A stretch of 64,000 nucleotides of DNA from Octopus sinensis (GCF_006345805.1 NC_043000.1:47616001-47680000); one strand, 5' to 3'; positions 24,739 through 40,508 are shown, counted from the stretch's first letter. Program-made: numbers and translations. The notes: generated by a model from the sequence alone, not told the origin.

Positions 24739-26075
24739 CAAGGCAGCGAGCTGGCAGAAACGTTAGCACGCCGGGCGAAATGCTTAGCGGTATTTTGTCT
24801 GCCGCTACATTCTGAGTTCAAATTCCGCCGAGGTCGACTTTGGCTTTCATCCTTTCGGGGTCGATTAAATAAGTACCAGTTACGCACTAGGGTCGATATA
24901 ATCGACTTAATCCGTTTGTTCGTCCTTGTTTGTCCTCTCTGTGTTTAGCCCCTTGTGGGCAGTAAAGAAATAGGTATTTTGCCTGCCGCTACGTTCTGAG
25001 TTCAAATTCCACCGAGGTCGACTTTGGCTTTCATCCTTTCGGGGTCGATTAAATAAGTACCAGTTACGCACTAGGGTCGATATAATCGACTTAATCCGTT
25101 TGTTCGTCCTTGTTTGTCCTCTCTGTGTTTAGCCCCTTGTGGGCAGTAAAGAAATAGGTATTTTGCCTGCCGCTACGTTCTGAGTTCAAATTCCACCGAG
25201 GTCGACTTTGGCTTTCATCATTTCGGGGTCGATTAAATAAGTACCAGTTACGCACTGGGATCAATATAATCGACTTAATCCGTTTGTCCGTCCTTGTTTG
25301 TCCTCTATGTGTTTAGCCCCTTGTGGGTAGTAAAGAAATAGGTATTTTGCCTGCCGCTATGTTCTGAGTTCAAATTCCACCGAGGTCGACTTTGGCTTTC
25401 ATCCTTTCGGGGTCGATTAAATAAGTACCAGTTACGCACTAGGGTCGATATAATCGACTTAATCCGTTTGTCCGTCCTTGTTTGTCCTCTATGTGTTTAG
25501 CCCCTTGTGGGCAGTAAAGAAATAGGTATTTTGCCTGCCGCTACGTTCTGAGTTCAAATTCCACCGAGGTCGACTTTGGCTTTCATCCTTTCGGGGTCGA
25601 TTAAATAAGTACCAGTTACGCACTGGGGTCAATATAATCGACTTAATCCGTTTGTCCGTCCTTGTTTGTCCTCTCTGTGTTTAGCCCCTTGTGGGTAGTA
25701 AAGAAATAGGCATTTTGTCTGCCGCTACATTCTGAGTTCAAATTCCGCCGAGGTCGACTTTGGCTTTCATCCTTTCGGGGTCGATTAAATAAGTACCAGT
25801 TACGCACTGGGGTCAATATAATCGACTTATTCCGTTTGTCCGTCCTTATTTGTCCTCTCTGTGTTTAGCCCCTTGTGGGTAGTAAAGAAATAGGTATTTT
25901 GTCTGCCGCTACGTTCTGAGTTCAAATTCCGCCGAAGTCGACTTTGGCTTTCATCCTTTCGGGGTCGATTAAATAAGTACCAGTTACGTACTGGGGTCAA
26001 TATAATCGACTTATTCCGTTTGTCCGTCCTTGTTTGTCCTCTCTGTGTTTAGCCCCTTGTGGGTAGTAAAGAAAT
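24739..26075 (+). mobile_element. SINE family A heptamer: one head plus seven 184-bp units, with an 18-bp TSD
   Basis: Units start at 24790, 24974, 25158, 25342, 25526, 25710 and 25894; AGGTATGCTTGCCGGCAA at 24721-24738 and 26076-26093. Confidence 0.95.
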
Positions 26076-26712
26076 AGGTATGCTTGCCGGCAATATCAGC
26101 ACCACCAGAAGTATTGATTATATCGTTAATTTAACCCTTCAGTAGTCAGATTATTCTACAAATGTAATGCATATTTAATCACACAGTTTTCAATTAATTA
26201 TACATTTAAATCATAGCTTTGAGATTTTGAGGATGTGGTTGCTTATTTGTAGAATGACATTGAAGGATAGGTGTGAGAAGCTGGATCTGGTTGGTTGAAC
26301 ATAAAACAGGTAGAATATCTGGACCGGATATGACCAGTTTAAATGTTAAAGTGCTAAGGCATTCTATGGCTATCCTTTCTTTTTCTTCAAGCACTCCACT
26401 CAGGACTACATTATCTTACATGCTAATCCTTTTTTAAGATGGTAAACTATGACTTGTGAAAGATTTGGCAACTACTACTAGCAGGCTGAGTGACCACGTA
26501 GAGGCACCATATTTCGTTATTTATTTATTTATTTATTTAATTATTAGGACTTACATAGTTAATGGAGACAGTCTTGTTACTTTGTGTCGCAGATTCTAAC
26601 TTTTAATTAGGATAAGGATGCGCATCTGTATGAAACTTGCTTGGTGTTTCGCTTGAACGAACAACTGAATCCTCATCTTTGAATGACGGGTAATCATAAA
26701 ATATATATATAC

Positions 26713-26794
<82 letters not shown>

Positions 26795-27543
26795 CATGGT
26801 CAACGGTAAAAGATGCAGGCTTTCAGATATGTATATATTAAGAGCTGGAAAGCATTCAACTGAAGTCCATTCGATCATGGAAAACCTGTGCATAAACAGC
26901 AATTATAAAGTTTTCTACTGAAACAGATATATTCTGCGTCAATAATTGACAACTCTTGTATCATTTCACTAACTTGTCTACGTATTATTCACAATTTTCT
27001 TCTTTACTCCGTGTTTACACAAACTGCAAATATCGTGATTTCCACACAACAGAAGTTGTCCAAACAAGAAAAACTGGACTCCTATTACTTGGCACACTTG
27101 CAAGTTCAGAAAGTAAACTGCCGCATCCACTGGAATAGTTTGGACCTGTAATTCATTTAGAAAAGCTGAAAAGAAGAAATAATCACACGTACATGAATCA
27201 GTTTGAATATTAGTCTATGTCATTGCTCTAATGCTATACGTATACATACAGGCATACGTATAAGACTTCGTCTTACCTGCAAACGTACATGTATATATAT
27301 GCACACACACACACATAAATAAACTTACCTGGAAATGAAGGCGTGGCGTCCAATCAAATAATATAAATAATATGTATTATTTATATGCATATATACATAT
27401 ATGTACATACTTACATTTATACTAATTATCTTTTTTTAATAATTTTGATATATATTTAAAATAATATAAATTAATTAATCTTATGTATTGGCTTAAGTTT
27501 TTCATTGTATGATTTGCCTAATAGTGGTTTTATCTCTAATTTA

Positions 27544-27579
<36 letters not shown>

Positions 27580-27589
27580 ATCATATATG

Positions 27590-29700
<2,111 letters not shown>

Positions 29701-29944
29701 TGTAACAACTCTGCTTCCAAGGCCATACTACGCAAAAAGTTCGAAATGAAAACTTACGTAATATTCGTAGTTTCTAGCATTAGAGTGACACTTCATCAGA
29801 CTTGCTTCTAAGGTGCGCTCTTACATTGTGCATTCTTACATATATATTTAAGTAGGTATACACATATATCAGTGCTTGTATCTGTATGTTAGAACAAAGA
29901 CTCAATTATGCACGAGCTTTATAATTTTATAAATACATTTTCAT

Positions 29945-30130
29945 ATAGGTGCAGGAGTGGCTGTGTGGTAAGCAGCTTGCTTACCAACCACGTGGTTCCG
30001 GGTTCATTCCCATTGCTTGGCACCTTGGGCAAGTACCTTCTATCATAGCCTCGGGCTGACCAAAGCCTTGTGAGTGGGTTTGGTAGACGGAAACTGAAAG
30101 AAGCCCGTCGTATATATGTGTATATATATA

Positions 30131-30179
<49 letters not shown>

Positions 30180-30290
30180 TACTAGACTTCCAAAGAATAA
30201 GTCCTGGGGTCGATTTGCTCGACTAAAGGTGGTGCTCCAGCGTGGCCGCAGTCAAATGTCTGAAACAAGTAAAGAGATAAAGAGATATAT
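29945..30290 (+). mobile_element. SINE family B
   Basis: AGGAGTGGCTGTGTGGTAAG...GTAGACGGAAACTGAAAGAAGCCCGTCG (TA)n ...CAGTCAAATG. Confidence 0.85.
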
Positions 30291-30754
30291 TCTTTTCTAC
30301 TCTAGACACAAGGCCTTACATTTTCATATATTCACATGTGTGCTTTGCGTTCAGTTGGATACGAAAATATTTTTAAGTCAATAGAGTGTTCTCAACTTAT
30401 ACTCCCAATAGATACAATACCTATTAAATAATCTAAGGTCAGTTACTTATCACGGAAAATAACTTGACATTGACAGCAAAGCAAATCTTTAATTCGATGA
30501 TGATTTTATCAGTTGCAACATCATTTTCCTGATGTCTTGCCGCTTAAAGCATAACGGTGAGAATAATAAATAGTTTCTATCACTAATTCAAGAAGTGATA
30601 AATTTTACAGAAAACATGGCACTGTTCTCAGCCAAGCATGTTTGACAGGAAAAATTCTTTTCTACACACTCACACACATACATACACACATAGACACACA
30701 TACACACATACACACATATATACATATATATATATGTATACATACATATGTATG

Positions 30755-30829
<75 letters not shown>

Positions 30830-31040
30830 CTTTTACTTGTTTCAGTCATTTGACTGCGGCCATGTTGGACACAGAAGTACATACATATATATACGACGGG
30901 CTTTTTTCAGTTTCTGTCTACTTAATCCACTCAAAAGGCTGTGGTCGGCCCGAGGCTATAGTAGAAGACACTTTCTCAAGATGCCACGCAGTGGGACTGA
31001 ACCCGGAACCATGTGGTTGGAAAGCAAGCTTCTTACTACA
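30830..31040 (-). mobile_element. SINE family B, partly deleted
   Basis: TTCTTTTACTTGTTTCAGTCATTTGACTGCGGCC...GGAACCATGTGGTTGG. Confidence 0.8.
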
Positions 31041-32392
31041 CAGATAATACAGACCCGTACACATGTATACACTCACACACACATACGCAGACTCGCACAC
31101 ATACATATATAGGTATGCATATGTGTATGTATGTATGTAGGTATGTATGTATATATATATATATATATATATAAGTATACATATGTATAGGTGTATATAC
31201 ATATATGTAGTATGCATATGCGTATATACATATTTATATTTATATTCATTTACGTGTGTGTATACACTAAACTTTATAATCATATAGAGATATATCTGCA
31301 TTCATCAATATGCATGAATTATAAACCAACACACACACACACAAACGCATACACACAGACGCACACACACGCACACACACGCACACACACATGTACATAA
31401 AGGGAGAACAATTATTGAGAAATATGTGTTGTAGAAGTTTTCAGTTTTCTGGATTTATCCATAGGGATTATGTAACATATTGAATATCGAATTCAGGATG
31501 TACGTATGTGTGCGCGTGTGCATACATGAATGAAAAATTAGAGAATCTCTAGGCAGTCTAAGAATATACTTTCTCACTTGTTCCATCTACTGAGGTTGTA
31601 TCCATATTGTGGAATCTCCATCAATCCTGTAACAGCCTTTAACTTATTTCTTGGTGTTTGGTGAATGAGGAAATTCACGGCTGATCTTGAATTTGCATTT
31701 CTCGCAATGATATATGGTCATTTGGGACTTTATGTTATATAATTTCCAAGTGTCATTTGAAAATGTTAGCATGTATTCCATGCAGATTTCTTATGATTTT
31801 TCGGTAGGTTATTAAACTGATGCCATCGTCCGAATTGCAATTTATAGCACTGTTTAGTTCTAGCACTGAAGGCAAATAGCAGAATCTCTGAATATTCAGT
31901 CCATAAAATATAACGCAGAAATTGTAACATAAACAACAACGATTGGATAACACAAAATATTAGGAATAACTCATCTCTCTCTATCTATGTTGCCTCTTTC
32001 TAGTTGTCACTTTCTTTCAGACTTCTACTTTCACTTTCTGTAAACGTGCGTGTGCGTACGCTTGTGTGCGTACGCTTGTGTGTGCGTACGCTTGTGTGTG
32101 CGTACGCTTGTGTGTGTGTGTGTGTGTGCGTAATAGTTATAGTTGTTACTCAAAATAAGTTATACAGGATAAAATATTTACTGATTCTGGGACTTTATAC
32201 ACCGATCGGGGAACCAAGTTAATTACTTGTGTGCCAGTTGATTGGTTCTTCGACTATCACCTGAGAGCTTTTATCGAATAGATGTTGAATAAACTACGGC
32301 TCGAAGTTCCAAAACAGCACTAACAAGACATGTATGTGTGTGTGCGTGTGTGCATCAAGCTATGCATTTTTGTATGTGTGTGTGGGTGGGTG

Positions 32393-32430
<38 letters not shown>

Positions 32431-32697
32431 ACTCTCCAATCGAAGACAACGCATGGGTATTCAGCTCTTGCCGAAAGACCTGCGCAAATGATTTGTTTAT
32501 AGTGATCAAATGAATGTCCTGTACATTAGCTCACTCTCTCCATCAAATCGATGTTGCTTGAATAGGCACACGGTGTACTACGCGTCAGGTGTCGACAAGG
32601 TCATATATATATATATCTACATATATATATATATATCTACATATATATATATATACATATATATAGAGAGACAGACAGATATATATATATATATATG

Positions 32698-32752
<55 letters not shown>

Positions 32753-32753
32753 T

Positions 32754-32829
<76 letters not shown>

Positions 32830-32830
32830 G

Positions 32831-32899
<69 letters not shown>
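32698..32899. repeat. (GATA)n microsatellite, ~200 bp
   Basis: Direct reading. Other long microsatellites: (TAA)n at ~16520-16645, 17105-17170, 20830-20960, 44625-44715, 48620-48690; dozens of (TA)n/(TG)n tracts. Confidence 0.95.
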
Positions 32900-32936
32900 T
32901 ACAATAAAGAATGCACGCGCATGCATGTTAATACTC

Positions 32937-33582
32937 TGAAGTTATTACACCTGAAAAAGTACAGAACAAGATTTCTACAGTAGAATTTTCCTAATTTGTC
33001 ACCTCTAAAGAAACTAAAAAGTACTTATAATTAAAATTCTACTACGGTATTGCAATCGAGAATAACATTTTAAAAATTTAATATATTTTATTAAAACAAA
33101 AATTCATGGGATTTTTCAGAAATAAGCCCATCCTATTTTATGCCCAACTCTTTTCATTTGTAGCCCCAGTAATTTTTATTACGCTTAGGAAAAAATTTTT
33201 TAAAAAATTATTTCAGTCTGTATTTAAGCCTATGGGCTTATTTTTGGAAAAAGCAGTATTTTAAAAAATGAATTAAAATAAACTTAATGTTTTTAAAGAT
33301 ATTGTGGATTTCGCCTTATTAATCATCTCCAGGAGAAAATTGAAAGTGACGATTTTTGTACCATGTTTTTGAAGATTTACTTGTTTTTTAGATTCTCATA
33401 ATAAATAAAATAAATTTTCTCAAATTTACCTCATATAATGTATTTTAATTTTTGAAATGTTATTATCAGCTGCAATATTTTAAATACAGAAAAAGTACAT
33501 TTCAGTTACCTTTAGAGGTGACGAATTAGGCAAATTCTAATGTAGAAATCTTGTCCTGTACTTTTCGAGATGTAATCATTCG
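32937..33582. mobile_element. Non-autonomous DNA transposon with ~100-bp imperfect TIRs
   Basis: AAAAGTACAGAACAAGATTTCTACAGTAGAATTTTCCTAATTTGTCACCTCTAAAG mirrored by CTTTAGAGGTGACGAATTAGGCAAATTCTAATGTAGAAATCTTGTCCTGTACTTTT. Confidence 0.75.
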
Positions 33583-34805
33583 ACCACGGTACTGGTTGAA
33601 TATATTCTAAAGTCCGCCATTTCGTCAATCACAGCAGCTTCCAAGCTTCACTACTAATTAAATTCTCAACTAAATTGCAAACTGATAATAGTTTTAAAGA
33701 GGACACTTTCTCAGCTACACTTTGGCTTAAATAATTTGAAATTTGGTTCAGTAGAATAAAAGTTACATCAAAATATCTGCGACCTCGAAGGGGGCAGTAA
33801 GGCAAATATTCATCTTCATCTTTAAAATAAAAGTATGCTTTTCTTAGGCTTAAATGACAGAAAAATGCATGTTATTCAGAATCGTTAGTCGCATTGAACA
33901 AAAATTAGTAGAAAAGAGTTATGAGGTGAAATGTTACAAAATTTCATGTCAGTAAGTGAATAACGCCCAAGCAATAAGAGTAAAGAATATAATACTAAAA
34001 TGAAGTTGCATATTCAAACGCGGAGAGCTGGCGGAAACGTTAGCACGCCGGGTGAGCTGCTTACTGGTATTTCCTGCTTCTCTAGGTCTTGAATTTAAAT
34101 TTCGCCGAGGTCGACTTTCATGTACAGATTATTTAATTTTTGTTTTAACTAAGCACTTTCAAACTTCCGATACTGGTAGAATTTATCACATAGAACGGGG
34201 TTTCTTCTTAAGGTTTTTGACAAAATTTTGTATTTTAGAAGTTATTTCGTCAAAAGTTATATACTGACAATGGACAAATTTCTGTTAGATAAATGCCAAT
34301 ACACAAAGCTCTCAATTTTTGACTTACTCCCTAATTTCTGCCGAGGAGATATGTACATATTACATATGTGTATAAAAAAAATCTCATCACGCAATCGAAC
34401 CAATGAAAGAGCTTCTACATGGTCGTGCGACACGCTAAAAATAGCAGCCAATGTATCCCACTACCTAAATCACACGCCCATTGTATGTAATATCTTAGAT
34501 TATCCCTAAAAAGACGGCTTGCTGACGGATGGAATGTCTTTAATGATAGGTCTGCAGTATCAGGGTTGATTTGAGGCTAAATAACAACACTACATTATCA
34601 CCCACACGATTTTCACTAAGAAAAAAATAACCAAAAATTTTGATTTTTTGCGTGGAATCAAGTACCCTGACCTCCTAATATGCTGCAAATCTCTTGTTTT
34701 GGTTCGAAAAAAATGAGGTGGAGGCCCTCCACAATTCTGGAATCATTGGAATTTTTTTCGTTGAATGGATTCCTGTGACCTCCTAATATTGCAAAATTAG
34801 GTTAC

Positions 34806-35430
34806 TTAAGGTGAGCCTGATAACTGATATTTTGGGGGTCTTGTTGTTTGTAACTTTTGGTGAGCCATGGTGCAACCAACAACATTAATTTGATGTGGAT
34901 GGGTAATATCAAATAATTCAATAACAACAAATATTTCAATTAGACATAAAAAACATGAAATATTATCATCACTTACATGGAAAAATTGAAATATTATCTT
35001 CCAGTATAGTATAAGGCAAAATTGTAAATTATTAATAGACACATTATTTTTCGTTTTTGGATTTGGTTTGCAAGATTCTTTATATGAGTTCGTGTGTTGA
35101 AGCATATTCTGTTATGTCTGGGGAGAGTCATTTTCTTTTTGGGCCTTATAACTTAACACACACACCGGTAAAATTTCTACTTATTTCTTATTAAATTTTC
35201 GTTGCGTCTTGCAACCTTTTCAATAGTCTATTGAAAATTCTAAAAGGAAGAACTGTACGGGGTTTCATTGCATTGGATAATATAAAAATGGTTTTAAAAA
35301 AGCAAAAATAGCCAATGCTTCCACCGTCAAGCAGGAGGAGCCACCTACCCTTGTCAGGGCAAAGATAGTTTGTTAGTCGAAATTCATGCAAAATAAAGCC
35401 TGCAGTTACTGTTCTTGTCAACTTGCCTTA
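34806..35430. mobile_element. Possible TTAA-flanked non-autonomous DNA transposon (Kolobok-like)
   Basis: TTAA|GGTGAGCCTGATAAC ... CTTGTCAACTTGCC|TTAA; TIR similarity is weak. Confidence 0.3.
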
Positions 35431-35561
35431 AAATTTAAAAATTCTGAATCCTGATACTTTGAAAATCCAATTATACTTTTTTGACCTCACATATTTGAAA
35501 TCTCAACCTTTTTTGCCACTGAACCAAATTTAAAATTTTGTAACTCAAAACGTAACTTATG

Positions 35562-35903
35562 TGGTAAAGACCCCCTTCGGCCATGAATGACCATGGGATT
35601 GCACCTAGAAAGTTACCCTCCTAGACACAAGTCCGGGCAAGGTTGTTTATGGAAGACCAGCAGTCGCCCATGCATGCCAGCCTCCCCTCTCCACGCCACC
35701 AGTGTTATCCAAGGGAAAGACAAAGGTCGATACAGCTTGGCACCAGTGACGTCGCAACTCATTTCTACAGCTGAGTGAACTGGAGCAATGTGAAATAAAG
35801 TGTTTTGCTCAAGAACACAACACGCAGCCCGGTCCGGGATTCGAGCTCACAACCTCACGATCGTAAGCTCGACGCTCTAACCACTGAGCCATGCGCCTTC
35901 ACA
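35562..35903 (-). mobile_element. SINE family D copy with long tail
   Basis: ...AAAGTGTTTTGCTCAAGAACACAACACGC...CTCTAACCACTGAGCCATGCGCCTTC (tRNA head on the minus strand). Confidence 0.8.
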
Positions 35904-36041
35904 TTTAAAAGATCCCAGAAGGTAACTGGTACTTAATTTATCGACTCCGAAAGGATGAAAGGCAAAGTCGACTTCGGCGGAATTCGAACTCAGAATGTAA
36001 AGCATTTCGCCCGCTGTGCTAACGATTCTGCCAACTCAACC

Positions 36042-38130
36042 AATCTAAAAATGTATAAACATCATCAAACTTGGTAAAAACCTGAATTAGTGACAAAGCG
36101 TAGAAGTGGTCGCGAGTAAATGTTGACCTTAAGAATATTATTCACACACTACCATGCGCGAATGATATTTATTATAATATAGTGTATTCTATGAATATGA
36201 GGTAGATCTTTGCAAGATATCTAAATACTGAATTGGATCAAGCATTTTGCAATATTGATCTCCGATTTTAGCAGAAGGCCATCAAATCTAGACGGATTAT
36301 ATCAACCTCAGTGCTCAGCTGATACTCATTTTATAGAGTACACAAAAGATAAAAGGCGAAGACGACTTTGTTGGGATTTGAACTCAGAATGTAGAGACAA
36401 ACGAAATGCCGTCAAGCTTTCACCCTGCCTGTTAACGGCTCTGCAGCTCGTCGTCTTAGAACTGTAATACCTTTCCTCCTTTCGGGGTCGATAAATTAAG
36501 TACCAGTTACGGACTGGGGGTCAATGTAATCGACTTAATCCGTTTGTCCCCTCTGTGTTTAGCCCCTTGTGGTTAGTAAAGAAATAGGTATTTCGTCCGT
36601 TTTTACGTTCTGAATTCAAATTCCGCCGAGGTCGACTTTGCCTTTGATCTTTTTCGGGTCCGTAAAGTAAGTACCAGTCGCGTACTGGGGTCGGTCTAAT
36701 CGTCTCCCGCCTCCCCAAAAATTTTGGGCCTTGTGCCTAGAGTAGAAAAGAATAAGTAATAATATTACTTGAAAATTGTTTTACTTACTTTTGGTACATT
36801 TAGCTTATAAAATAACTTTTTCGTTTTGAATATGTTTTTGAGAAGATTAGCCCCCAAGACACTCATCTTGATGAGCTCTATCATATGAGCTAAACAAAAA
36901 CAAAATTTTTACACAAAAACAAAATGTTTAGGTTTAGAATTTGCTTTTAGACGTTACCACTGTTTTCGGCATATTTGGCCCCGGTAGTTTTTTTTCTTTT
37001 TAAATTTGTTTTTGATGTAATTAGCATCATGGAGTTCCTGTAGTGGAGATCTATGAGAAAAGTTAAATTTAACTATAGTTTTCTTTTGAAAGAATAATAA
37101 TAATTGGAATCAAAGTCGATTTGAGGCGTAAATCTTCTTTTTTTTTGCCAGTTTTTACCTCAGTACTTTTTTTCCTACTGAATATTTTTGCATATAAATA
37201 ACATGGATAGATTCCTATCGTCGAGATCTATCATCTAAGCCAAAATAAAATATACATTTATTTTTCAAAAAATATTTCTGAAAGTTGATTTCAGGCGTTA
37301 CTCTCTCGTCTGTGGCCTCATATATATGACTCAAACTATTTTTCTACTGAACTAATTTTCAAACGATTTAGCTTGAAATGTAGCTTATGATGTGAATAAT
37401 CGTAAAATGTAAGCATCATCTAATCTGATTAAAAAGTAAGTTGGTGACAAAGCCTAGATGTGGTCGTGAGTGAGGAAATGTTGACCTTAAGAATATTATT
37501 CACACACTACCGTGTGTGAATGATATTTTTTGGAAAGATTAGCACCGCGACACTCGTCTTGATGAGTTCTATCTTATGATGTAAAAATATTAGGTTTTGA
37601 ATTTTTTTCGGCACAATTGGCTTCAGTAGTTTTCTATTCCAATTTTTTGTTATATAATTGGCATCGTCGGATTCATCTAGTGGCTTGAATTTAAATATAG
37701 TTTTCTTTTGAAATAAGAAAAATGTTTGTAGTCAAAGTCGATTTCAAGCGTTAATCTCCTTTTGTTTATCGCGGGTTTTTACCTGAGAACTTTTTCTACT
37801 GAATTTTGTTGCATATAAGTAAAATGGATAGCTTCCTCCCGTCGAGATCTATCATATAAACTGAACTAAAATATTGGTTTCTTTAAAGTCGATTTCATGC
37901 TTTAAAGTCAAAGTCGATTTCATGCTTCATCCTCCCGATTTTGACATCACATAATTTACTGAAACTTTTTCTACTAAAGCAATTTTCAAATTTTGTAGCT
38001 GAAATATAGCTTCGGATGTGACGAATCTAAAAACGTAAACATCATCTAATTTGGTTAAAAACTGAGTTAGTGACAAAGCATAGAAGTAGTCGCGAGTGAG
38101 TAAATGTTGATCTGAAGAATATTACACACA
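36042..38130. repeat. Diverged ~626-bp tandem repeat (two full copies plus a partial); first copy interrupted by SINEs
   Basis: AATC(TA)AAAA(T/C)GTAAACATCATC...GTGACAAAGC(G/C/A)TAGA..TGTTGA(C/T)C at 36042, 37398 and 38024. Confidence 0.8.
36470..36755 (+). mobile_element. SINE family A dimer (type-1 tail unit followed by type-2 tail unit)
   Basis: GTAAAGAAATAG|GTATTTCGTCC junction near 36588; second unit ends GGGCCTTGTGCCTAGAGTAGAAAAGAAT. Confidence 0.85.
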
Positions 38131-38132
38131 CC

Positions 38133-38186
<54 letters not shown>

Positions 38187-38573
38187 CCTTTCTACTAGAG
38201 GCACTTTATTATTCTTTTCCCTTCGTTAAGCTTTTTGTTAATATTGAATTGACTCAATGTTAAACAAAACGTTAATTTGTTTTTAGTTCTTCTAGTTATA
38301 TGAGAGAATGGTAAAATTCTGTTTATCGAATGTAGCTATTTTTGTCAGACTTCTGATTCCGAAATATGAAGCATTTTCCTCTGTTTATCCTAACAGTATG
38401 TAAATATTTTGTCGTATATCACTTTTAATATTGCTGTAACATATTTACTTTGATACACTAATATTTGAGAAAGGTATTATTCAATGATTATTTAGAAATA
38501 ATATTTGACTGCAACTTAAAACGAAAGTGGGAAGTTTATCCTTCTTTCTCTTTTCTGTTTTTCTGCTCTTTGG

Positions 38574-38620
38574 ATTGGCTAGGGGATGGATGGGGTCATT
38601 GACCTGTTCTTGTTACGTCA
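38574..38620. promoter_or_regulatory. Possible enhancer motif cluster: ATTGG, nuclear-receptor IR-1, CRE-like site
   Basis: ATTGG 38574-38578; GGGTCA-T-TGACCT 38593-38605; TTACGTCA 38613-38620; in apparently unique sequence. Motif match only. Confidence 0.3.
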
Positions 38621-39686
38621 CATAATGGAAACACTTAACATTGAATTATTCAAACATGGCAAGTCAAATACATTCACATATTTAACTTCGTTGCTCTCTT
38701 TCTCTTTCATTCCTTTCCCGCCGACTCACCCACTCTCTCGAGTCAACGAAAGAAGTCTCTATGCAGTCGCACAACGTGTAGAAACTAATTGCCAGATACG
38801 ACTCAAATCACAAACAATTTAAATCTTTTATGAAACAGCCTCAGATTATTCTTGATGTTAAATTTAGGGACATTAGATTAGATGATGTTATCATAAACAC
38901 CTTTAAAACTATATGACAGTTACGACACGGAGGCTTTAAACCAAAGGTCCCCTCAGAGTTGACCCAGGGCTAGCCAACAACAATGCTACGTCCTCTCCCT
39001 TCTCTCTATGTCTCTATTCACTTCCTTCAAACATTGTAACTGTCAATTCATTGCGTAGAAGCAATGCATGACCGTGTCGTTATGAGCGTTCTGATAGTGA
39101 ATCAGCCCTTCAGCTTTATGAAATTTCTCGCATAAGCTCAGAGTAGTTATAAGCTCTTATCTCAAGTCTACACACTTCTGTGACGATGCGGTAAGGCAAA
39201 GACTTGCTATAGCTGCAGCGAGTCAATGACACAGAAGAAATTAAATACAACGATCAAGTTGGCTTCGTTCCTAAGGACGAAGGGGGCGAAGAAAAGAGGG
39301 GGAAGTAGAGGAAAAGAAAAGAAGTGAGAAGAAGGTATGAAGTAGAAAAAGAATGAATTAACGAAGATGCCTTTTCTATGTGTCTTTCTCTCTCATTACG
39401 TGTAAAACTTAAAAATAAAACCAGGCTGCATGGTATCGCATAACAGGAAGATGACAGGAAGTAATCAGAATAGAATCCTGGATAATGATGAATATTTATT
39501 TATCTCAGAGCCCTAATGTGGAATAAACACGGTCAATTTATTAATATTTAATAGTTAAAGGTATTCATCAATGTAATTAATTGACTTCCGAGTGTGGGGA
39601 ATAGGAATACTGACACTCATGATGTTTCTTTTATCGCTTATTTCTGGGGTTTGTGTGTTTGTTTGTTTGTTTGTGTGTGTGTGAGT

Positions 39687-39731
<45 letters not shown>

Positions 39732-40004
39732 GTGTGTGTATTTCTTTCTTCGCAGAACATAATGCTTCTCGGAATTCGGGCCTGCTTTTTGCTTTTTCTA
39801 TAGCCCTATCAATTTACATCAACAGTAATATAAACTGCGTAGATTTCACTGGTTCCAGAGAGCCTGTGGAAACCATAGGTACATCTCTTTCTAGATGAAA
39901 TCACTTTTTCTTTTGTTTTAAATCCAGATTCAAATTAGATATTGATTGAGCACAATCATCCCTATTATATAATAGTATTCACTTTACTTGCCTTCGACAA
40001 AATA

Positions 40005-40400
40005 TTCAGGAGTGGCTGTGTGGTAAGTAGCTTGCTAACCAACCACATGGTTCCGGGTTCAGTCCCACTGCGTGGCATCTTGGGCAAATGTCTTCTGCTA
40101 TAGCCCCGGGCCGACCAATGCCTTGTGAGTGGATTTGGTAGACGGAAACTGAAAGAAGCCTGTCGTATATATGTATATATATATATATATGTGTGTGTGT
40201 GTTTGTGTGTCTGTGTTTGTCCCCCTAGCATTGCTTGACAACCGATGCTGGTGTGTTTACGTCCCCGTCACTTAGCGGTTCGGCAAAAAGAGAACGATAG
40301 AATAACTACTGGGCTTACAAAGAATAAGTCCCGGGGTCGAGTTGCTCGACTAAAGGCGGTGCTCCAGCATGGCCGCTGTCAAATGACTGAAACAAGTAAA
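40005..40400 (+). mobile_element. Full-length SINE family B
   Basis: tRNA-like head (GGTTCAGTCCC), central (TA)n(TG)n, 3' part ending GAAACAAGTAAAGG. Confidence 0.9.
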
Positions 40401-40508
40401 GGAGTCAAAGAGTATTCGCTAAATATAAAAATAACCAGTTAATAAGCTTCAAGAGAAAGAAGGGTCAAAAGTAATGGATGTAGATTGAAACAATGCAAAC
40501 TTACAACA

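Noticed and set aside
24790-26077. CRISPR-like appearance of the array
   Set aside because: Units are fully repeated with no unique spacers, they match a dispersed SINE, and the context is eukaryotic.
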